A stretch of DNA of 64,000 nucleotides from NCBI GenBank assembly GCA_965226885.1, contig CBDDEL010000015.1, positions 640,001-704,000 on the forward strand, written 5' to 3'. Under the pieces are notes generated by a model. It searched no databases, was not told the origin of the DNA, and saw nothing but the letters and a program-made list of their open reading frames with translations. Each line of letters starts with the position of its first letter. The first letter of the stretch is position 1. Made by a program: the position numbers and the translations under genes. Below, in pieces: positions 62,788 to 64,000 of this stretch. The DNA comes from Opitutales bacterium (GTDB lineage: Bacteria; Verrucomicrobiota; Verrucomicrobiia; Opitutales; UBA2987).

Positions 62788-63705
62788 ATGAAGTACCAGT
62801 TTGTCAAAGACAGCGAGGGGCGCTTCAAGATCGAGGAAATATGCTCGGCGATGGGGATTTGTCGCAGTGGCTATTACTGCTGGAGGCACCGAGCGCCCTC
62901 GGCCCGGCGGATCGAGGACGAGGGAATCAAGGGGGCGATCCTGAAGGTACACAAAGAGGCCAAGGGCCGCTATGGGCATCGGCCAATGCACCGCCATCTG
63001 AAGGATGATGAGGGCATCGATTGCGGCCGTGACCGGGCTCTGCGTCTGATGCGTGAAATGGGAATCAAAAGCACCCAGAGTAAACGCTTTAAGCCATTAA
63101 AAACCAACAGTAACCATCCCTATGGTTACAGCCCCAATGTGCTTAGAAAGCATGGCCAGCCGACCCATATCGACGAGGTCTGGGTGGCGGACACGACCTA
63201 CCTACGGACCCTGGCCGGTTGGATGTACTTGGCCACGGTGATGGACCTGTTCAGCCGACGCCTGCTGGGCTGGAGCGTTTCCAACCACAACGACGCGAAG
63301 CTGGTTGGCAAGGCCCTCAAAGCCGCGGCCATGACCCGCGGCACACTGCGCACCGGGATTATTCATCACAGCGATCGGGGCAGCCCCTACGCCAGCGACG
63401 ACTATCAGAGGCTGGTCTCTGAACTAGGCATGAAGCCGAGCATGAGCGCCCAAGGCAACTGCTACGACAACGCGGCCATGGAATCGTTCTACGGCCGCTT
63501 CAAGACCAGCACGATTCGAGGCCGCCACTTTGCCGACGAGCGCGAACTGCGATCAACTTTCTTCGAATACGTGGAAATCTTCTACAACCGATATCGCAAA
63601 CATTCCTCTCTGAGTTACCAAAGCCCAGTCCAATTCGAGGAAAATATTTGCCCCCCATGGGGGGCAACGAGAAAACAAAACCCTTTACCAAAACAAGCCG
63701 CCTGA
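62788..63705 (+). CDS. IS3 element A OrfB, second copy
   Basis: Matches the left copy except N>S and V>F. Confidence 0.9.
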   Translation: MKYQFVKDSEGRFKIEEICSAMGICRSGYYCWRHRAPSARRIEDEGIKGAILKVHKEAKGRYGHRPMHRHLKDDEGIDCGRDRALRLMREMGIKSTQSKRFKPLKTNSNHPYGYSPNVLRKHGQPTHIDEVWVADTTYLRTLAGWMYLATVMDLFSRRLLGWSVSNHNDAKLVGKALKAAAMTRGTLRTGIIHHSDRGSPYASDDYQRLVSELGMKPSMSAQGNCYDNAAMESFYGRFKTSTIRGRHFADERELRSTFFEYVEIFYNRYRKHSSLSYQSPVQFEENICPPWGATRKQNPLPKQAA

Positions 63706-64000
63706 CACACTAATCAATAAACAATGAATATAAGAGAATCCCGTGTCCAACAAATCCAGTACACGTCATTCACAAAACATTAGACAACATTGAACACAAA
63801 CCTTATACAAATAATTATTAAACTTGGTCAATATCTTTATCGCAATATTGTTCCATATTTGCAGAAAACACTGTATCTAACTGATGATAAAGATATTACG
63901 AATAATTATATACTTGTATAAAAGAAAGACTGGATTTTTTAAGATTTTTCCGTAAAAATTATTCGGAATACTATTGTTTTCTTTTCCTTACTTTTTAATC

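Larger units (their letters stand above)
61118..63768 (+). mobile_element. IS3 element A carrying nested element B (right composite, 2651 bp), inverted relative to the left composite
   Basis: Near-identical reverse complement of 57353-60013; TSD TTCA; 10-bp deletion next to element B. Confidence 0.93.
61100..63790 (-). promoter_or_regulatory. Putative MTase promoter/operator, split by the right IS composite
   Basis: With the IS removed the minus strand reads TTGTCT-AATGTTttgtgAACATT-TAAACA-TTAGGGAAAAACT-ATG: a palindrome fills a 17-bp spacer. Confidence 0.5.

Noticed and set aside
57353..63768. MTase arrived as a composite transposon
   Set aside because: Each flanking composite has its own TSD and the REase frame continues across the left one, so the MTase was resident first
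1..64000. tRNA or rRNA genes
   Set aside because: None recognised by eye; a tRNAscan/Infernal run is needed to exclude them

Overview
A roughly 50-55% GC bacterial chromosome segment. An Opitutae (Verrucomicrobiota) origin is inferred from a pilin-like 'KAILNNLRQ..AAA' domain, a Gld-like ABC/DUF4340 operon, a TPR-ExbB cluster and dapL. Backbone genes include lhgO, a TRAP transporter with four tandem lipoprotein binding proteins, proA, a PfkB kinase, a three-subunit molybdo-hydroxylase with MoaD, oligopeptidase A, nadB and dapL. Three AT-rich accessory islands interrupt the backbone: an orphan ORF at 17.3-18.1 kb, an orphan m4C methyltransferase island at 45.8-47.8 kb, and a type II R-M locus at 51-61 kb. 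There are nine IS copies (3 IS1380, 1 IS21, 5 IS3-family), several of them nested. The restriction endonuclease gene can be rebuilt base by base from four pieces split by five IS copies and a 13-bp duplication, while its MerR-fused methyltransferase is intact. Many other genes carry a single lesion, either a nonsense codon or a perfect 7-31 bp tandem duplication, suggesting early genome decay or low-quality consensus sequence. The most unusual signal is a local strand skew: the + strand is C/A-rich just upstream of each AT-rich island and G/T-rich just downstream, regardless of gene orientation. All calls come from motif recognition and manual reading; no database searches were run.
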